Origin: Candidatus Woesebacteria bacterium
Lineage (GTDB): Bacteria; Patescibacteriota; Microgenomatia; UBA8517
DNA: 64,000 nt
NCBI GenBank assembly: GCA_003484955.1
Contig: DMZH01000002.1
Coordinates: 78,825-142,824 of the forward strand
Reading direction: 5' to 3'
The notes under the pieces are model-generated. The model was given only the letters and a program-made list of their open reading frames with translations. It had not been told where the DNA came from and did not search any database. The first letter of the stretch is position 1. Each line of letters starts with the position of its first letter. The position numbers and the translations under genes were made by a program. This document shows positions 19,663-29,926 of the stretch, piece by piece.

Positions 19663-20786
19663 TTGTTGGCATCGACGGAAACGAGGCTAATGTTGAAAAA
19701 AGGGTGGGAGTGAACACTTATGCCTATGAGCTTCTGTGGAATTTCTGGAAACTACAAGACGAATGGAAAAATAACCATAAACTTATAGTTTTTCTTAAAA
19801 ATGAGCCCAGAGCGAACTTACCGAAGGAGACGAAGTTCTTCAGGTACAAAGTGATTAAGGGTGGGGGGGCATGGATACTGACCAAGCTTACCCCGAACCT
19901 ATTTTCGGGGGACCCTAAGTGTGATGTTTTCTTTTCCCCAAGCCACTACGCACCCCCTATTGCCCCAATGCCCAGGTTTTGTTCAATTATGGACCTTGGA
20001 TACCTCGAATTCTCGGGACAATTTCGAAAAAAGGACTTTTGGCAGTTAAAGTTATGGAGTGCCATTAGCATTTTTGTATCAAAAGCGGTCTTTGCTATAT
20101 CAAATAGTACAAAAGACGACATTGTACGACACTACCCCTCAGCTAAAGGTAAGATTTACGTTACCCCCCTTGCATATGACAATATGAAGTTCAATATGAG
20201 TGTTTCTGAAAAAGATGTGCGACGTGTAAGGGATAGGTACTCCATAGTTACGGACTATGTATTATATTTGGGTACTCTCAAGCCTAGCAAGAATGTCGAA
20301 GGCCTTGTCGAGGCTTTCTCCAGAATCAAGAATCAAGAATCAAGAATCAAGCTTGTTATAGCCGGTAAAAAGGGCTGGATGTATGAATCTATTTTTGAAA
20401 AAGTCAAAAAACTGGGGATGGAAGATAAAGTAATATTTACGGATTTTGTTTCTGAGGAAGATAAGCCCGGACTGATCAAGGGTGCGAAAGTATTTGTCCT
20501 GCCTTCATTTTGGGAGGGATTTGGGCTCGATGTCTTAAATGCCATGGCTAGCGGCGTGCCTGTAGTTGCCTCAAACATGGGAAGCTTGCCTGAAGTGGTT
20601 GGGGATGCCGGGATACTGATTAACCCCAAAAGTACAGATAGTATTGCCGAGGGGATTACCAAGGTGCTTTTGGCACCCATTGCGAAGTATAATAGTATGA
20701 AAGAGGCAGGTTTAGCTCAAGCTAAAAAGTTTTCCTGGGAGAAAACAGCAAGGAAAACCCTGGATATAATTACGAATAATGCTTAA
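19659..20786 (+). CDS. glycosyltransferase family 1 (GT4); carries a G7 homopolymer and a 7-bp x4 tandem repeat
   Basis: EGFGLDVLNAMASGVPVVASN motif. ATGA overlap with the upstream gene. Confidence 0.8.
   Translation: MIVGIDGNEANVEKRVGVNTYAYELLWNFWKLQDEWKNNHKLIVFLKNEPRANLPKETKFFRYKVIKGGGAWILTKLTPNLFSGDPKCDVFFSPSHYAPPIAPMPRFCSIMDLGYLEFSGQFRKKDFWQLKLWSAISIFVSKAVFAISNSTKDDIVRHYPSAKGKIYVTPLAYDNMKFNMSVSEKDVRRVRDRYSIVTDYVLYLGTLKPSKNVEGLVEAFSRIKNQESRIKLVIAGKKGWMYESIFEKVKKLGMEDKVIFTDFVSEEDKPGLIKGAKVFVLPSFWEGFGLDVLNAMASGVPVVASNMGSLPEVVGDAGILINPKSTDSIAEGITKVLLAPIAKYNSMKEAGLAQAKKFSWEKTARKTLDIITNNA
19863..19869 (+). repeat. G7 homopolymeric tract inside the GT4 CDS
   Basis: gtGGGGGGGc encodes KGGGA. 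This is the longest G run noticed in the low-GC window. Confidence 0.8.
20322..20351 (+). repeat. heptanucleotide tandem repeat (AGAATCA) x4 plus a partial copy, inside the GT4 CDS
   Basis: Read directly: AGAATCA at 20322, 20329, 20336 and 20343, then AG. It encodes SRIKNQESRIK. Confidence 0.9.
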
Positions 20787-21375
20787 AGATAAAAACGGAA
20801 AAAATCTTACAGGAGGTGAGGTAATAGAAAAGGTGCTCAACAGGATCAGTAATGTTATTCTTGATTTTGAGTTGATGACGCTCCGGTGGGTTTCCCATGT
20901 TCCCTCTCACACTTTTCGAAAAATAATTTATAAACTTTCCGGAATGAAAATCGGAAAGGGGTCGACGGTTCACATGTGGGCCAACTTTTTTGACCCTTCC
21001 GGTATTTCCATCGGCGAAGACACCATTGTCGGGGATCACGCTTTCTTGGATGGCAGGGCGGCGTTAACCATCGGTAGCCATGTAGACATTGCCTCATCGG
21101 TAATGATTTATAACTCCGAACATGATTTGGAGAGTGAAGAGTTTTCAGCCAGAACCGAGCCTGTGGAAATTGGCAATTATGTTTTTGTTGGTCCCAGGGC
21201 AATCATTCTTCCCGGAGTTAAAATCGGAAAGGGAGCCGTTGTTGCTGCAGGGGCGGTTGTAACAAAAGATGTTCCCGAGTTCACAATTGTCGGCGGAGTT
21301 CCTGCAGGGAAAATTGGAGAAAGGAGAGAAAGAAATCCTCATTACATTCTCGGTCGGGCAAGACTATTTCAGTAA
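20779..21375 (+). CDS. hexapeptide-repeat (LbH) sugar O-acetyltransferase (WbbJ/MAT-like)
   Basis: Repeated [LIV]G-x4 hexapeptides (IGEDTIVGDHAFLDGRAALTIGSHVDIASS...). About 200 aa. Confidence 0.7.
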   Translation: MLKDKNGKNLTGGEVIEKVLNRISNVILDFELMTLRWVSHVPSHTFRKIIYKLSGMKIGKGSTVHMWANFFDPSGISIGEDTIVGDHAFLDGRAALTIGSHVDIASSVMIYNSEHDLESEEFSARTEPVEIGNYVFVGPRAIILPGVKIGKGAVVAAGAVVTKDVPEFTIVGGVPAGKIGERRERNPHYILGRARLFQ

Positions 21376-21920
21376 TGTTTAAAAAAATTCTCAATATCTT
21401 CTACGCTATTTTTTGTATAGCCGGAATTTTATACCTAGCCCTGCCGAATTACACTTTTCCTGAACCTCCCACTGATTCCATTCAGTCAGAAGAACCTGCG
21501 GATTTGGAAACCCCTTTAAGGAGGGGATATTTTACAAATCACACCAGAGAGGAAGTGCTGGCCTGGTATAAACAACAGTTCGATCGTTCGAGCTTTATGG
21601 GTATTAAACTTCCGACACTCCTTCTTAATTACCCTCCGGAAAACGCTCAGACTATCATAAGGGACCAGACGGGGAGCACTTTCCTCCAGGAGTTTACCCA
21701 CCCTTTCCGGGAGAGTATATATATTAATGGCTTTAAGCCTCCTAGCGACAACAACCGGCCTATATTTTTTGTAGGTGGAAAGCCATGGCAGCAAAAAATA
21801 ATAATACGCTACGTACCCAGCAGTATTTGGGTTAGGGAGGCGGTATTTATTGCATCAGCCTTAATGATAGCCGTAATTTACAATGCTTTTGAAAAATCAT
21901 TAAGAAAAAGGAATGAGTAA
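21375..21920 (+). CDS. hypothetical bitopic membrane protein
   Basis: 181 aa with N- and C-terminal hydrophobic helices. No motifs. Confidence 0.35.
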   Translation: MFKKILNIFYAIFCIAGILYLALPNYTFPEPPTDSIQSEEPADLETPLRRGYFTNHTREEVLAWYKQQFDRSSFMGIKLPTLLLNYPPENAQTIIRDQTGSTFLQEFTHPFRESIYINGFKPPSDNNRPIFFVGGKPWQQKIIIRYVPSSIWVREAVFIASALMIAVIYNAFEKSLRKRNE

Positions 21921-22839
21921 CACACTCGATTTATCAATAATCATAGTATCGTCCAAAAAGGACTATCTCCTCGACTGCATTAAAACCCTCAAGCCCGCTC
22001 TTGAAGGTGTCGAGAGTGAAATTATTCTGATCGATAACGCATCGTCTGATGAATTGAACAGTTTGGTGAAAGAAAAGTCTCCTTATGTAAAAGTTTTGAG
22101 GCGGGAGGAAAACGGAGGCTTTGGGGAAAACAACAATATGGGAATAAAGATTGCCACCGGAAGGTATATTCTTCTCCTTAACGATGACACACGGATTATT
22201 GATAAAAATATCTTCAGGGAAATGATTGCCTGGATGGATGCCCACCCCAAGGCTGGCGTCTCAAGCTGCGCCCTCCTTAATCCGGACGGAGTTTCCTATC
22301 AAGGATCGGGGGGCTTTTATCCGACTCTTTTCAGGGTGTTGGCCTGGATGACTTTCTTGGACGATATTCCGGGAGTGGACAGACTTATCAAGCCTTATCA
22401 CCCACTTCATTCCGCATCTCCCATTTATAAAGGTGAAAAATTTTTCAAAAGTGAGCATAGACAAGACTGGGTAACCGGAGCATTTTTTTTGATGCGGAGG
22501 CAGGCTTTGAAAGAAGTCGGTATTTTTGATGAGGACTTTTTTCTTTATGTCGAGGAAGTGGAACTCTCGGCAAGATTTGCCAAAAAAGGTTGGGAAATCT
22601 GGTATTTGCCGGAATGGAAAATAGTTCACTTTGGACAGGCAACCTCCGGAAGTGAGAAAGCAATGATTTTTGAACTTAAAAACCTGGTTTTGATGTATAA
22701 AAAACACGAACCGAAGTGGAAAATTCCCATCCTTCGTGCAATCCTTAAATTGGGGGTCTTTTTGAGAATAATTCTTTGGGGCATTGCAGGAAAAAGAGAT
22801 GTTTCTAAAATATATGCAAAAGCTATTAATGCTTTCTGA
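21913..22839 (+). CDS. glycosyltransferase family 2
   Basis: LSIIIVSSKK...LIDNASSDE and LLNDDT motifs. Confidence 0.75.
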   Translation: MSNTLDLSIIIVSSKKDYLLDCIKTLKPALEGVESEIILIDNASSDELNSLVKEKSPYVKVLRREENGGFGENNNMGIKIATGRYILLLNDDTRIIDKNIFREMIAWMDAHPKAGVSSCALLNPDGVSYQGSGGFYPTLFRVLAWMTFLDDIPGVDRLIKPYHPLHSASPIYKGEKFFKSEHRQDWVTGAFFLMRRQALKEVGIFDEDFFLYVEEVELSARFAKKGWEIWYLPEWKIVHFGQATSGSEKAMIFELKNLVLMYKKHEPKWKIPILRAILKLGVFLRIILWGIAGKRDVSKIYAKAINAF

Positions 22840-24199
22840 AAAAATATCTAAATATTTGATTGCCGCGGTTCTGATAATAGTACCGCTTCTGCCGAAGTTT
22901 CCGCTGATTAGTGTTCCCGGAACTTACGTCTCAATCCGTCTTGAAGACGTTTTAATGTTTCTCCTGGCGCTTGTCCTGGTCCCCAAGTTCGTAATGGATT
23001 TTAAAAAGATTTGGAAAGACAAGATTTTTGTTGCAATCCTGATATTTTTTACAGTAACTTTCATTTCGCTTCTTGCCGGGATTCTTATTACGCAAACGGT
23101 AGAGTTAAGATTGGGGCTTTTGCATTGGGCAAGGCGCGTTGAGTATATTATTCCTTTTCTCGCAACTTATCTTTTGATTCCACGCGACAAAATAAAGGAA
23201 ACCGTTGAATTTTATTTTAAAATTTTATTGATTGTTATGGCCATCGCTTTTGTCTATGGCCTGGGGCAGCGATACCTGAATTTTCCCGTAATCATCACAC
23301 AAAATGAAGAATATTCCAAAGGAATTGCCCTGCGCTGGAGTCCCGGAGCCCACATAAATTCGACTTTCGCCGGACATTATGATCTGTCGGCCTTCATGGT
23401 TTTAGTGCTTCCCATATTTTTAGGAGTACTTTTTACATTAAAAGAAAAACTTTCAGAACTTTTTATAGCAATTTCTTCCGGAATGGGACTTTGGCTTTTG
23501 ATAAGTTCAGTTTCAAGGACCGCTCAGGCCTCGTATCTTTTGGCGGTTACTGTTACGCTTTTTCTATTAAAGAAATTTAAAGGCTGGCTGTTAGTAATTC
23601 TTATCAGTGTTATCTCAATGACCATGTCTTCGGGGCTTGATGCCAGATTTGGGCAGGCAATAAAGGTTCTATACGAGTATGTTACAACCGGAAAAGGCAT
23701 CAGTTATGTTCCGGGTTTTGTTGTTAGGGCGGATGAGGTTACGCTGACAACGCGCGAGATTATTCAGGCAACCCCGGCTCCGGCAGCCGTAAAAGTTATC
23801 AATGACGTTTCAATTGCAATCAGGTACAACGTTGAGTGGCCAAGGGCAATCAGGGCCTTTTCCAAAAATCCGATTTTGGGAACGGGCTATTCGTCAATAG
23901 ACCTGGCGACGGATAACGATTATTTAAGAATGCTTGGAGAAATCGGTCTCGTGGGATTCTCCGCTTTCGTGTTAATATTTCTAAGAATAGGGAAAGTTTT
24001 ATTAAAAACATTTTCATTAAAAGATAAGTTAAGCAGTTTTGAGAAAAGCTATCTATTTGGAATTATGGGAGGACTTATAGGGACTTTTGTTACGGCACTC
24101 CTGATTGATTTGTTTGAAGCGTCGAAATTTGCAATAATATTCTGGTTGCTTTTGGGTAGTTCCGTAAGTCTGATTAAAAGTAAACTAAATGAGAACTAA
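22829..24199 (+). CDS. O-antigen ligase/polymerase family membrane protein (Wzy_C domain)
   Basis: Polytopic. DNDYLRMLGEIGLVGF matches the Wzy_C motif (H/D)N-x-YL-x3-x-E-x-G. Start is uncertain; M11 and M16 of the ORF-track translation are candidates. Confidence 0.65.
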   Translation: MLSEKISKYLIAAVLIIVPLLPKFPLISVPGTYVSIRLEDVLMFLLALVLVPKFVMDFKKIWKDKIFVAILIFFTVTFISLLAGILITQTVELRLGLLHWARRVEYIIPFLATYLLIPRDKIKETVEFYFKILLIVMAIAFVYGLGQRYLNFPVIITQNEEYSKGIALRWSPGAHINSTFAGHYDLSAFMVLVLPIFLGVLFTLKEKLSELFIAISSGMGLWLLISSVSRTAQASYLLAVTVTLFLLKKFKGWLLVILISVISMTMSSGLDARFGQAIKVLYEYVTTGKGISYVPGFVVRADEVTLTTREIIQATPAPAAVKVINDVSIAIRYNVEWPRAIRAFSKNPILGTGYSSIDLATDNDYLRMLGEIGLVGFSAFVLIFLRIGKVLLKTFSLKDKLSSFEKSYLFGIMGGLIGTFVTALLIDLFEASKFAIIFWLLLGSSVSLIKSKLNEN

Positions 24200-25658
24200 A
24201 ATTATTCAATTTACAAAAAGTAAATATTTTGAGTACATTTTATTATCAATCATGCTTGTTTTAGGTTTTACGGTACGCCTTTACAAAATAAACAATCCTG
24301 TTGCCGATTGGCACAGCTGGCGTCAGTCGGATACGGCTTCCGTGAGCCGGGTGTATCTTGAAAACGGGATAAATTTGCTTTTACCCCGATACCATGACAT
24401 TTCAAGCATTCAAACGGGAATGGATAATCCCCAGGGCTACCGTATGGTGGAATTTCCTTTCTATAATGCCCTAAACGTCGTTCTGGCCAAATCTTTTACC
24501 TCTATTTCTCTTGAGGTTTGGGCAAGACTTTTGACTATAAGCATTGCCGTTGTCTCCGCATTTTTCCTGTATCTTATTGGGAAAAGATTGATGGGGAAAT
24601 ATGTGGGACTTCTTTCCGCATTTTTCTATTTGTTTATTCCCTACAACATTTATTTTACAAGGGTGATTTTGCCCGACCCGATGGGGGTGATGTTCGGAGT
24701 AATTTCCCTTTGGGCATTTCTGGAGTTTACTCACGGCAACAAAAAAGCTTTGCTTTTTATCTCCTCTGTTTTTTTTGCAATGGCTCTTCTTATCAAGCCT
24801 TATCTGGGATTCTACCTTTTTCCGATAATATATCTAGCAATTAAAAAATATGGAATTAAAAGTTTCTTTAAGGAAAAACGTGTTATTTTAGGAACTCTTG
24901 CCTATCTGGCAGTTGCTTTTATCCCTTTTCTTCTTTGGAGAGGATGGGAGGCAAAGTTTCCCGAAGGAATTCCTTTTTACGAATGGGCGTTTAACGGAAA
25001 CCTGATTAGATTTAAACCTTCCTGGTGGTACTGGATTTTCGGGGAAAGACTGGGCCACCTTATCCTGGGTTCTTTGGGGCTTATTCCTTTTACTTTCGGG
25101 GTTTTAAATACAAAGGTTAAAAATTTATTTATTCAGGCATTTTTAGGAGGCACCCTTTTTTATGTTGCTGCCGTAGCCAATGCCAATGTTATGCACGATT
25201 ATTATCAAATACTTTCTATTCCGGCTATAGCTCTAGCGGTAGCATCCGGAACAGTTTTTCTTTGGGAGGGGAGAATATTTAATAAAATTCTGACAAGGAT
25301 TATCGTTGTGATTTCAATTGGGGTTATGCTCATAACCGGTTGGAATCAAATAGTGGGAAACTTTAATATCAACCATCCGGAAATAATGGAGGCGGGGGAG
25401 GCGGTTGACAGGGTTACTCCGAAAGACGCCCTTATTGTTGCACCCTATAACGGCGACACGGCCTTTTTGTATCAAACTAAACGATTCGGTTGGCCAGCAA
25501 TTGATAACTCGATCGATAATATTATTGAAGAAGGGGCAGACTACTACGTATCCGTGAATTTGGGCAGCAAGGATACCAAAATGATAGAGGCAAGGTTTAA
25601 AACAGTAGAAAAGACGGATAAGTATATTATTATTGACCTTAACAAACCTATTAAATAA
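24189..25658 (+). CDS. GT-C-type membrane glycosyltransferase
   Basis: WHSWRQSDTASVSRVY first-loop acidic motif. About 11 transmembrane helices plus a C-terminal soluble domain. Confidence 0.55.
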   Translation: MRTKIIQFTKSKYFEYILLSIMLVLGFTVRLYKINNPVADWHSWRQSDTASVSRVYLENGINLLLPRYHDISSIQTGMDNPQGYRMVEFPFYNALNVVLAKSFTSISLEVWARLLTISIAVVSAFFLYLIGKRLMGKYVGLLSAFFYLFIPYNIYFTRVILPDPMGVMFGVISLWAFLEFTHGNKKALLFISSVFFAMALLIKPYLGFYLFPIIYLAIKKYGIKSFFKEKRVILGTLAYLAVAFIPFLLWRGWEAKFPEGIPFYEWAFNGNLIRFKPSWWYWIFGERLGHLILGSLGLIPFTFGVLNTKVKNLFIQAFLGGTLFYVAAVANANVMHDYYQILSIPAIALAVASGTVFLWEGRIFNKILTRIIVVISIGVMLITGWNQIVGNFNINHPEIMEAGEAVDRVTPKDALIVAPYNGDTAFLYQTKRFGWPAIDNSIDNIIEEGADYYVSVNLGSKDTKMIEARFKTVEKTDKYIIIDLNKPIK

Positions 25659-25660
25659 CC

Positions 25661-26872
25661 ATGAAGATATTAATGTTGACCCCCTACCTACCCTTTCCGG
25701 ATTCATCCGGCGGGCAAATCCGCTCATATAATTTAATTAAGGGTTTAAGCAAGAAACATAAAATCACCCTTTTTTCCCTAATTAAAGATGACTCTGAAAG
25801 AAAGTTTATTCCGGAACTTGAAAAATATTGTGTAAAAGTAAAAGTTTTTAAACGCTCGAAATCCCCATGGACTTTAAGGAATATTCTTTTAACCGGTTTC
25901 GGGCCTTACCCCTTCCTGGTTATCAGAAACCTTTCACCGTACGAAACAAAAGCTGTTCAGGAAGAAATTACCCAGGTTGATTACGACTTAATTCACGCAG
26001 AAACATTTTATGTTATGCCTCATATTCCCGAAACTAAAACCCCGATCCTTTTGGTCGAACAGACGATAGAGTATCTGGTTTATAAGCATTATGTGGAAGG
26101 GATAAAAAACCCCATATTACGCTCTCTTTTATCAATTGATGTCGCAAAGCTTAAATACTGGGAGACGAAGTTTTGGAAAAAAGCCGATGGGGTGGTCGCG
26201 GTATCTGAGTCGGACAGGAAAGAGATGCTGAAACTGGTCCCCAATCTTAAGGTCAACCTTGTTCCGAATGGGGTAAATCTGGATTTCTTTAAAGAGAAGG
26301 ATAGCTGGCACTCACCGGAATTCAAAATTCTTTTTATTGCCAATTTCAAATGGTTGCAAAATGTTGAAGCGGCTGAACTTCTTCTAAAAGAAGTCTTTCC
26401 GCGGGTACATGCCAAAAGTCCCAAAGTAAAAGTTTGGGTTGTCGGTCAGCATATACCTGAAGAAATTTTAAAATATAAATCCGAAAATATAATTATCGAT
26501 AATTTAAGCGAAGACGATCAGGAAGGGATAAGAAATGCTTATTACGAATCCTCAGTTTTTGTCTCGCCTCTTAGGGGGCCCGGAGGAACCAGACTTAAGC
26601 ATTTGGCGGCAATGGCTGCAAAGTTGCCTCTGGTTACGACATCGGTGGGTGCTGAAGGTCTTGGTGCGGCCGACGGCAGGGAAGTAATAATCAGGGACAC
26701 TTCCAAAGAGATTGCCGATGCAACCTTACGGATTTTGGGAAATGAAAAGTTGGCAAAAAAGATAGCGGAAAACGCCAGAAAACTGGTTGAGCAAAAGTTC
26801 AGTTGGTATAAAATGGGGGAATATTTGGACAAAATATATGAAAAAACCGCTACTCACGATAGTAATTCTTAA
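25661..26872 (+). CDS. glycosyltransferase family 1 (GT4)
   Basis: N-terminal MKILMLTPYLPFPDSSGGQIR and a C-terminal GT-B domain. Confidence 0.75.
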   Translation: MKILMLTPYLPFPDSSGGQIRSYNLIKGLSKKHKITLFSLIKDDSERKFIPELEKYCVKVKVFKRSKSPWTLRNILLTGFGPYPFLVIRNLSPYETKAVQEEITQVDYDLIHAETFYVMPHIPETKTPILLVEQTIEYLVYKHYVEGIKNPILRSLLSIDVAKLKYWETKFWKKADGVVAVSESDRKEMLKLVPNLKVNLVPNGVNLDFFKEKDSWHSPEFKILFIANFKWLQNVEAAELLLKEVFPRVHAKSPKVKVWVVGQHIPEEILKYKSENIIIDNLSEDDQEGIRNAYYESSVFVSPLRGPGGTRLKHLAAMAAKLPLVTTSVGAEGLGAADGREVIIRDTSKEIADATLRILGNEKLAKKIAENARKLVEQKFSWYKMGEYLDKIYEKTATHDSNS

Positions 26873-27719
26873 TTACAATACAAAAGAGCTTTTGGAAGAC
26901 TGCCTTAATTCCGTTAAGGCACACATTAATGAGGTACCCTTGGAGGTAATAGTGTCTGATAATTCTTCGGCCGACGGGAGCCCCGAAATGGTCCGGAGAA
27001 AATTTCCCTGGGTGAAGTATACCGAAGGACCAAATGAAGGATTTTCTAAAGGCAATAATAGGGCTAGACCCATGGTTACCGGAGATATGGTTCTTTTTTT
27101 AAATCCAGATACGATTGTTCATAAAGATGTTTTTGCAAAAACAGTCATATTTTTAAAGGAACATCCGAATGCTGGCGCGGTAACCTGTAAACTGGTACTT
27201 CCGAACGGTAAAATGGATAAGGACACCAGACGCCGTTTTCCTACTCCTAAAATTGCCTTTCAGCACTTAATTTTAGGTAACGGCAAGGCTTATTGGTACG
27301 AAGACATTTCCGAAAATATAACTCATGAAGTGGAAGCAATTCAGGGTGCTTTCTTTTTGACCCGGAAAAAGGTGTTGGATGAAGTGGGTTGGTTTGACGA
27401 AAAATATTTTTTTGATGGGGAGGACATTGACCTTTGCTACCAAATACACAAAGCCGGCTACAAAATTTTTTATTATCCGGAGGTAACAGTAACCCATCTT
27501 AAAGGCGTTACCAAAGGCAAAGTTTCGGAGTGGAAACATAAAGTCAGTCCCAAACAGCGTAAAAAAATCCGCTTGGCAGGAGTTACTTCCATGGAAAGGT
27601 TTTTCAGAAAGAATTTGTGGAAAAAATATCCGCTGGTTTTCGATTATTTTGTTGTTTTCGGGATAAAAGTATTTAAAGTATTTAGGTATATCAAAGTGGC
27701 CCTATTATCCTCATACTAA
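26838..27719 (+). CDS. glycosyltransferase family 2
   Basis: LLTIVILNYN... and DGEDIDLCYQ. Start is taken at M18 of the ORF (MKKPLL). Confidence 0.7.
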   Translation: MKKPLLTIVILNYNTKELLEDCLNSVKAHINEVPLEVIVSDNSSADGSPEMVRRKFPWVKYTEGPNEGFSKGNNRARPMVTGDMVLFLNPDTIVHKDVFAKTVIFLKEHPNAGAVTCKLVLPNGKMDKDTRRRFPTPKIAFQHLILGNGKAYWYEDISENITHEVEAIQGAFFLTRKKVLDEVGWFDEKYFFDGEDIDLCYQIHKAGYKIFYYPEVTVTHLKGVTKGKVSEWKHKVSPKQRKKIRLAGVTSMERFFRKNLWKKYPLVFDYFVVFGIKVFKVFRYIKVALLSSY

Positions 27720-27726
27720 AAAATTT

Positions 27727-28854
27727 ATGACAAAAATATTATTGGATGCCCGTCTTTATGGGCTTGAAAATGCAGGTCTGGGGAGATATTTAATTAATCT
27801 TGTAGGCGAACTTTCGAAGCTGGATTCAAAGAACGAATATGTTATTCTTCTCAGGAAAAAATATTTTGATTCCTTGAAACTGCCGGATAATTGGAAAAAA
27901 ATATTGGCGGACTATCGACATTACAGTTTAGCGGAGCAAATAATGATCCCCGGGATCATTAAAAAAGAAAAACCCGACATAACCCACTTTCCGCATTTTA
28001 ATGTACCCATATTTTTCAGAGGTAAATTTATTGTGACAATTCACGATATGCTGATGCATAAAAGCGTGGGACTTGCGGCGACAACACTCCCTGCGCCGGT
28101 TTATTTTATTAAAAGGCTGGGGTATAGATTTGTATTTGATAATGCGGTTAAAAAATCAAAAATGATTTTGGTGCCAAGCTACGCAGTCAGGGATGAACTG
28201 ATGGAAGAGTACAAAGTGGATTCCGATAAAATAAAGGTGACTTATGAAGGATTTGATAGAAAAATCTCCGGAGGGTCTGAAGTTGAAATGCCAAAGCCAT
28301 ACTTTGTTTATACGGGAAACGCATATCCCCACAAGAATTTATCAAGGCTAATCGAGGCTATAAGACTATTGAACACAAAAAGTAAACAGAAGGTGTTTTT
28401 GGCAATTGCATCATCGAGGAATATTTTTACCCAAAGAATAGAAAAACAGGCTCAAAAGTGGGGTGTAATTGAATTGGTAAAACTTGTTGGTTTTGTTCCC
28501 GATGAAAAACTCGGGGGTTTGTATAAAAATTCCATAGGATTTGTGTTCCCGTCCCTTTCCGAAGGTTTTGGCCTTCCCGGACTTGAAGCAATGGCCTCCG
28601 GAACTTTACTTTTGGCATCGGATATAAAGGTTTTTAAAGAAATATACGGCGAGAATGCTTTGTATTTCGACCCGAAAGACCCCAACTCAATTGCAGCTGC
28701 CATGGAAACTGCAATGTCTATGGGTAGCTCCGATCGTGCCAGAAAGATTTCAAATTCAATCAAGTTTGTAAATAAATATTCTTGGGTTAAAATGGCGAAT
28801 GAAACCTTGGAAGCATACAAAAAAAGTTGCGATAGTATACGACAGGGTCAATAA
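27727..28854 (+). CDS. glycosyltransferase family 1 (GT4)
   Basis: EGFGLPGLEAMASGTLLLASD motif. Confidence 0.8.
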   Translation: MTKILLDARLYGLENAGLGRYLINLVGELSKLDSKNEYVILLRKKYFDSLKLPDNWKKILADYRHYSLAEQIMIPGIIKKEKPDITHFPHFNVPIFFRGKFIVTIHDMLMHKSVGLAATTLPAPVYFIKRLGYRFVFDNAVKKSKMILVPSYAVRDELMEEYKVDSDKIKVTYEGFDRKISGGSEVEMPKPYFVYTGNAYPHKNLSRLIEAIRLLNTKSKQKVFLAIASSRNIFTQRIEKQAQKWGVIELVKLVGFVPDEKLGGLYKNSIGFVFPSLSEGFGLPGLEAMASGTLLLASDIKVFKEIYGENALYFDPKDPNSIAAAMETAMSMGSSDRARKISNSIKFVNKYSWVKMANETLEAYKKSCDSIRQGQ

Positions 28855-29920
28855 GTGGGGAGGTGCCGAACGTGTACTCCTGGCTCTTCATGAAATTTTT
28901 CCCGATGCACCTCTTTATACCTCCGTATATGATTCCAAAAAGGCTTCTTGGGCAAAAGTTTTTCCGGCAGTTAAAACATCATTTTTGCAAAAGATTCCTC
29001 TTGTCAAGTCGCTTCATGAACTTTTCGGTTGGTTGATGCCTGTTGCCTTTGAGTCATTTAATTTTGATAAATTTGATCTGGTAATTAGTGTTACGTCGGA
29101 GGCCGCTAAGGGTATAAAAACCAAACCCGACACTTTGCATATCTGCTATTGTCTGACGCCAACCAGATATCTCTGGAGTTTAAATGACTATTATTTTAAA
29201 AACCCTCCGGTTTACTTTAAAATATTTCCTTTTTTTCGTGTAATCTCAAAACCTTTTGTCGGATACCTTAAGACATGGGAGGTAAAAGCTGCAAAACGGC
29301 CCGACAAGATGATTGCCATTTCGACCGAAGTAAAAAAGAGAATAAAGAAATATTACAAACGCGATTCAGAAATGATATTTCCTCCGGTTGAATTTAAAAG
29401 TCCCAGGTCAAAAACTCTTGGTAAGCGCGGACATTATTTGGTTGTAAACAGACTGGTTCCTTATAAAAAAGTTGATCTTGCAGTTTCCGCTTTTAATCAA
29501 TTGGGGCTCCCATTAATAGTTGTTGGAACGGGAAGTGAAAGAGTGAAGTTGAAGCGCAGTGCCAAGGAAAATATAAAATTTGTCGGCGAGGTTTCCGAAA
29601 CAAAGCTTGCCAAATACTATCAAAATGCCAAAGCTCTTATTATGCCCCAGGAAGAAGATTTTGGTATAGTTGCCGTAGAGGCCCAGAGTTACGGCGTACC
29701 CGTCATTGCCTATAAAAAAGGAGGATCACTTGACACTGTTATCGATGGAAAAACCGGAATTCTTTTTGATAAACAAAACCCCAAAACGCTAATTAGGGCA
29801 GTCAGGAAATTTGAAAAAATGAAGTTTGATAAAAAGCGGCTTACCGAAAATGCCCGGAAGTTTTCAAAAGCTAGATTTAAAAAAGAGTTTCTTGACTTAA
29901 CTAAAAAGATGTTAAACTAA
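28799..29920 (+). CDS. glycosyltransferase family 1 (GT4)
   Basis: VAIVYDRVNKWGGAERV N-terminus and DFGIVAVEAQSYGVPVIAYK C-terminal motif. Confidence 0.75.
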   Translation: MKPWKHTKKVAIVYDRVNKWGGAERVLLALHEIFPDAPLYTSVYDSKKASWAKVFPAVKTSFLQKIPLVKSLHELFGWLMPVAFESFNFDKFDLVISVTSEAAKGIKTKPDTLHICYCLTPTRYLWSLNDYYFKNPPVYFKIFPFFRVISKPFVGYLKTWEVKAAKRPDKMIAISTEVKKRIKKYYKRDSEMIFPPVEFKSPRSKTLGKRGHYLVVNRLVPYKKVDLAVSAFNQLGLPLIVVGTGSERVKLKRSAKENIKFVGEVSETKLAKYYQNAKALIMPQEEDFGIVAVEAQSYGVPVIAYKKGGSLDTVIDGKTGILFDKQNPKTLIRAVRKFEKMKFDKKRLTENARKFSKARFKKEFLDLTKKMLN

Positions 29921-29926
29921 TAGCTA

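Noticed and set aside
20322-20351. Repeat array considered as CRISPR or minisatellite
   Set aside because: It is only a 7-bp unit x4 inside a CDS, without spacers, so it is not a CRISPR array. It is reported instead as a slipped-strand repeat.
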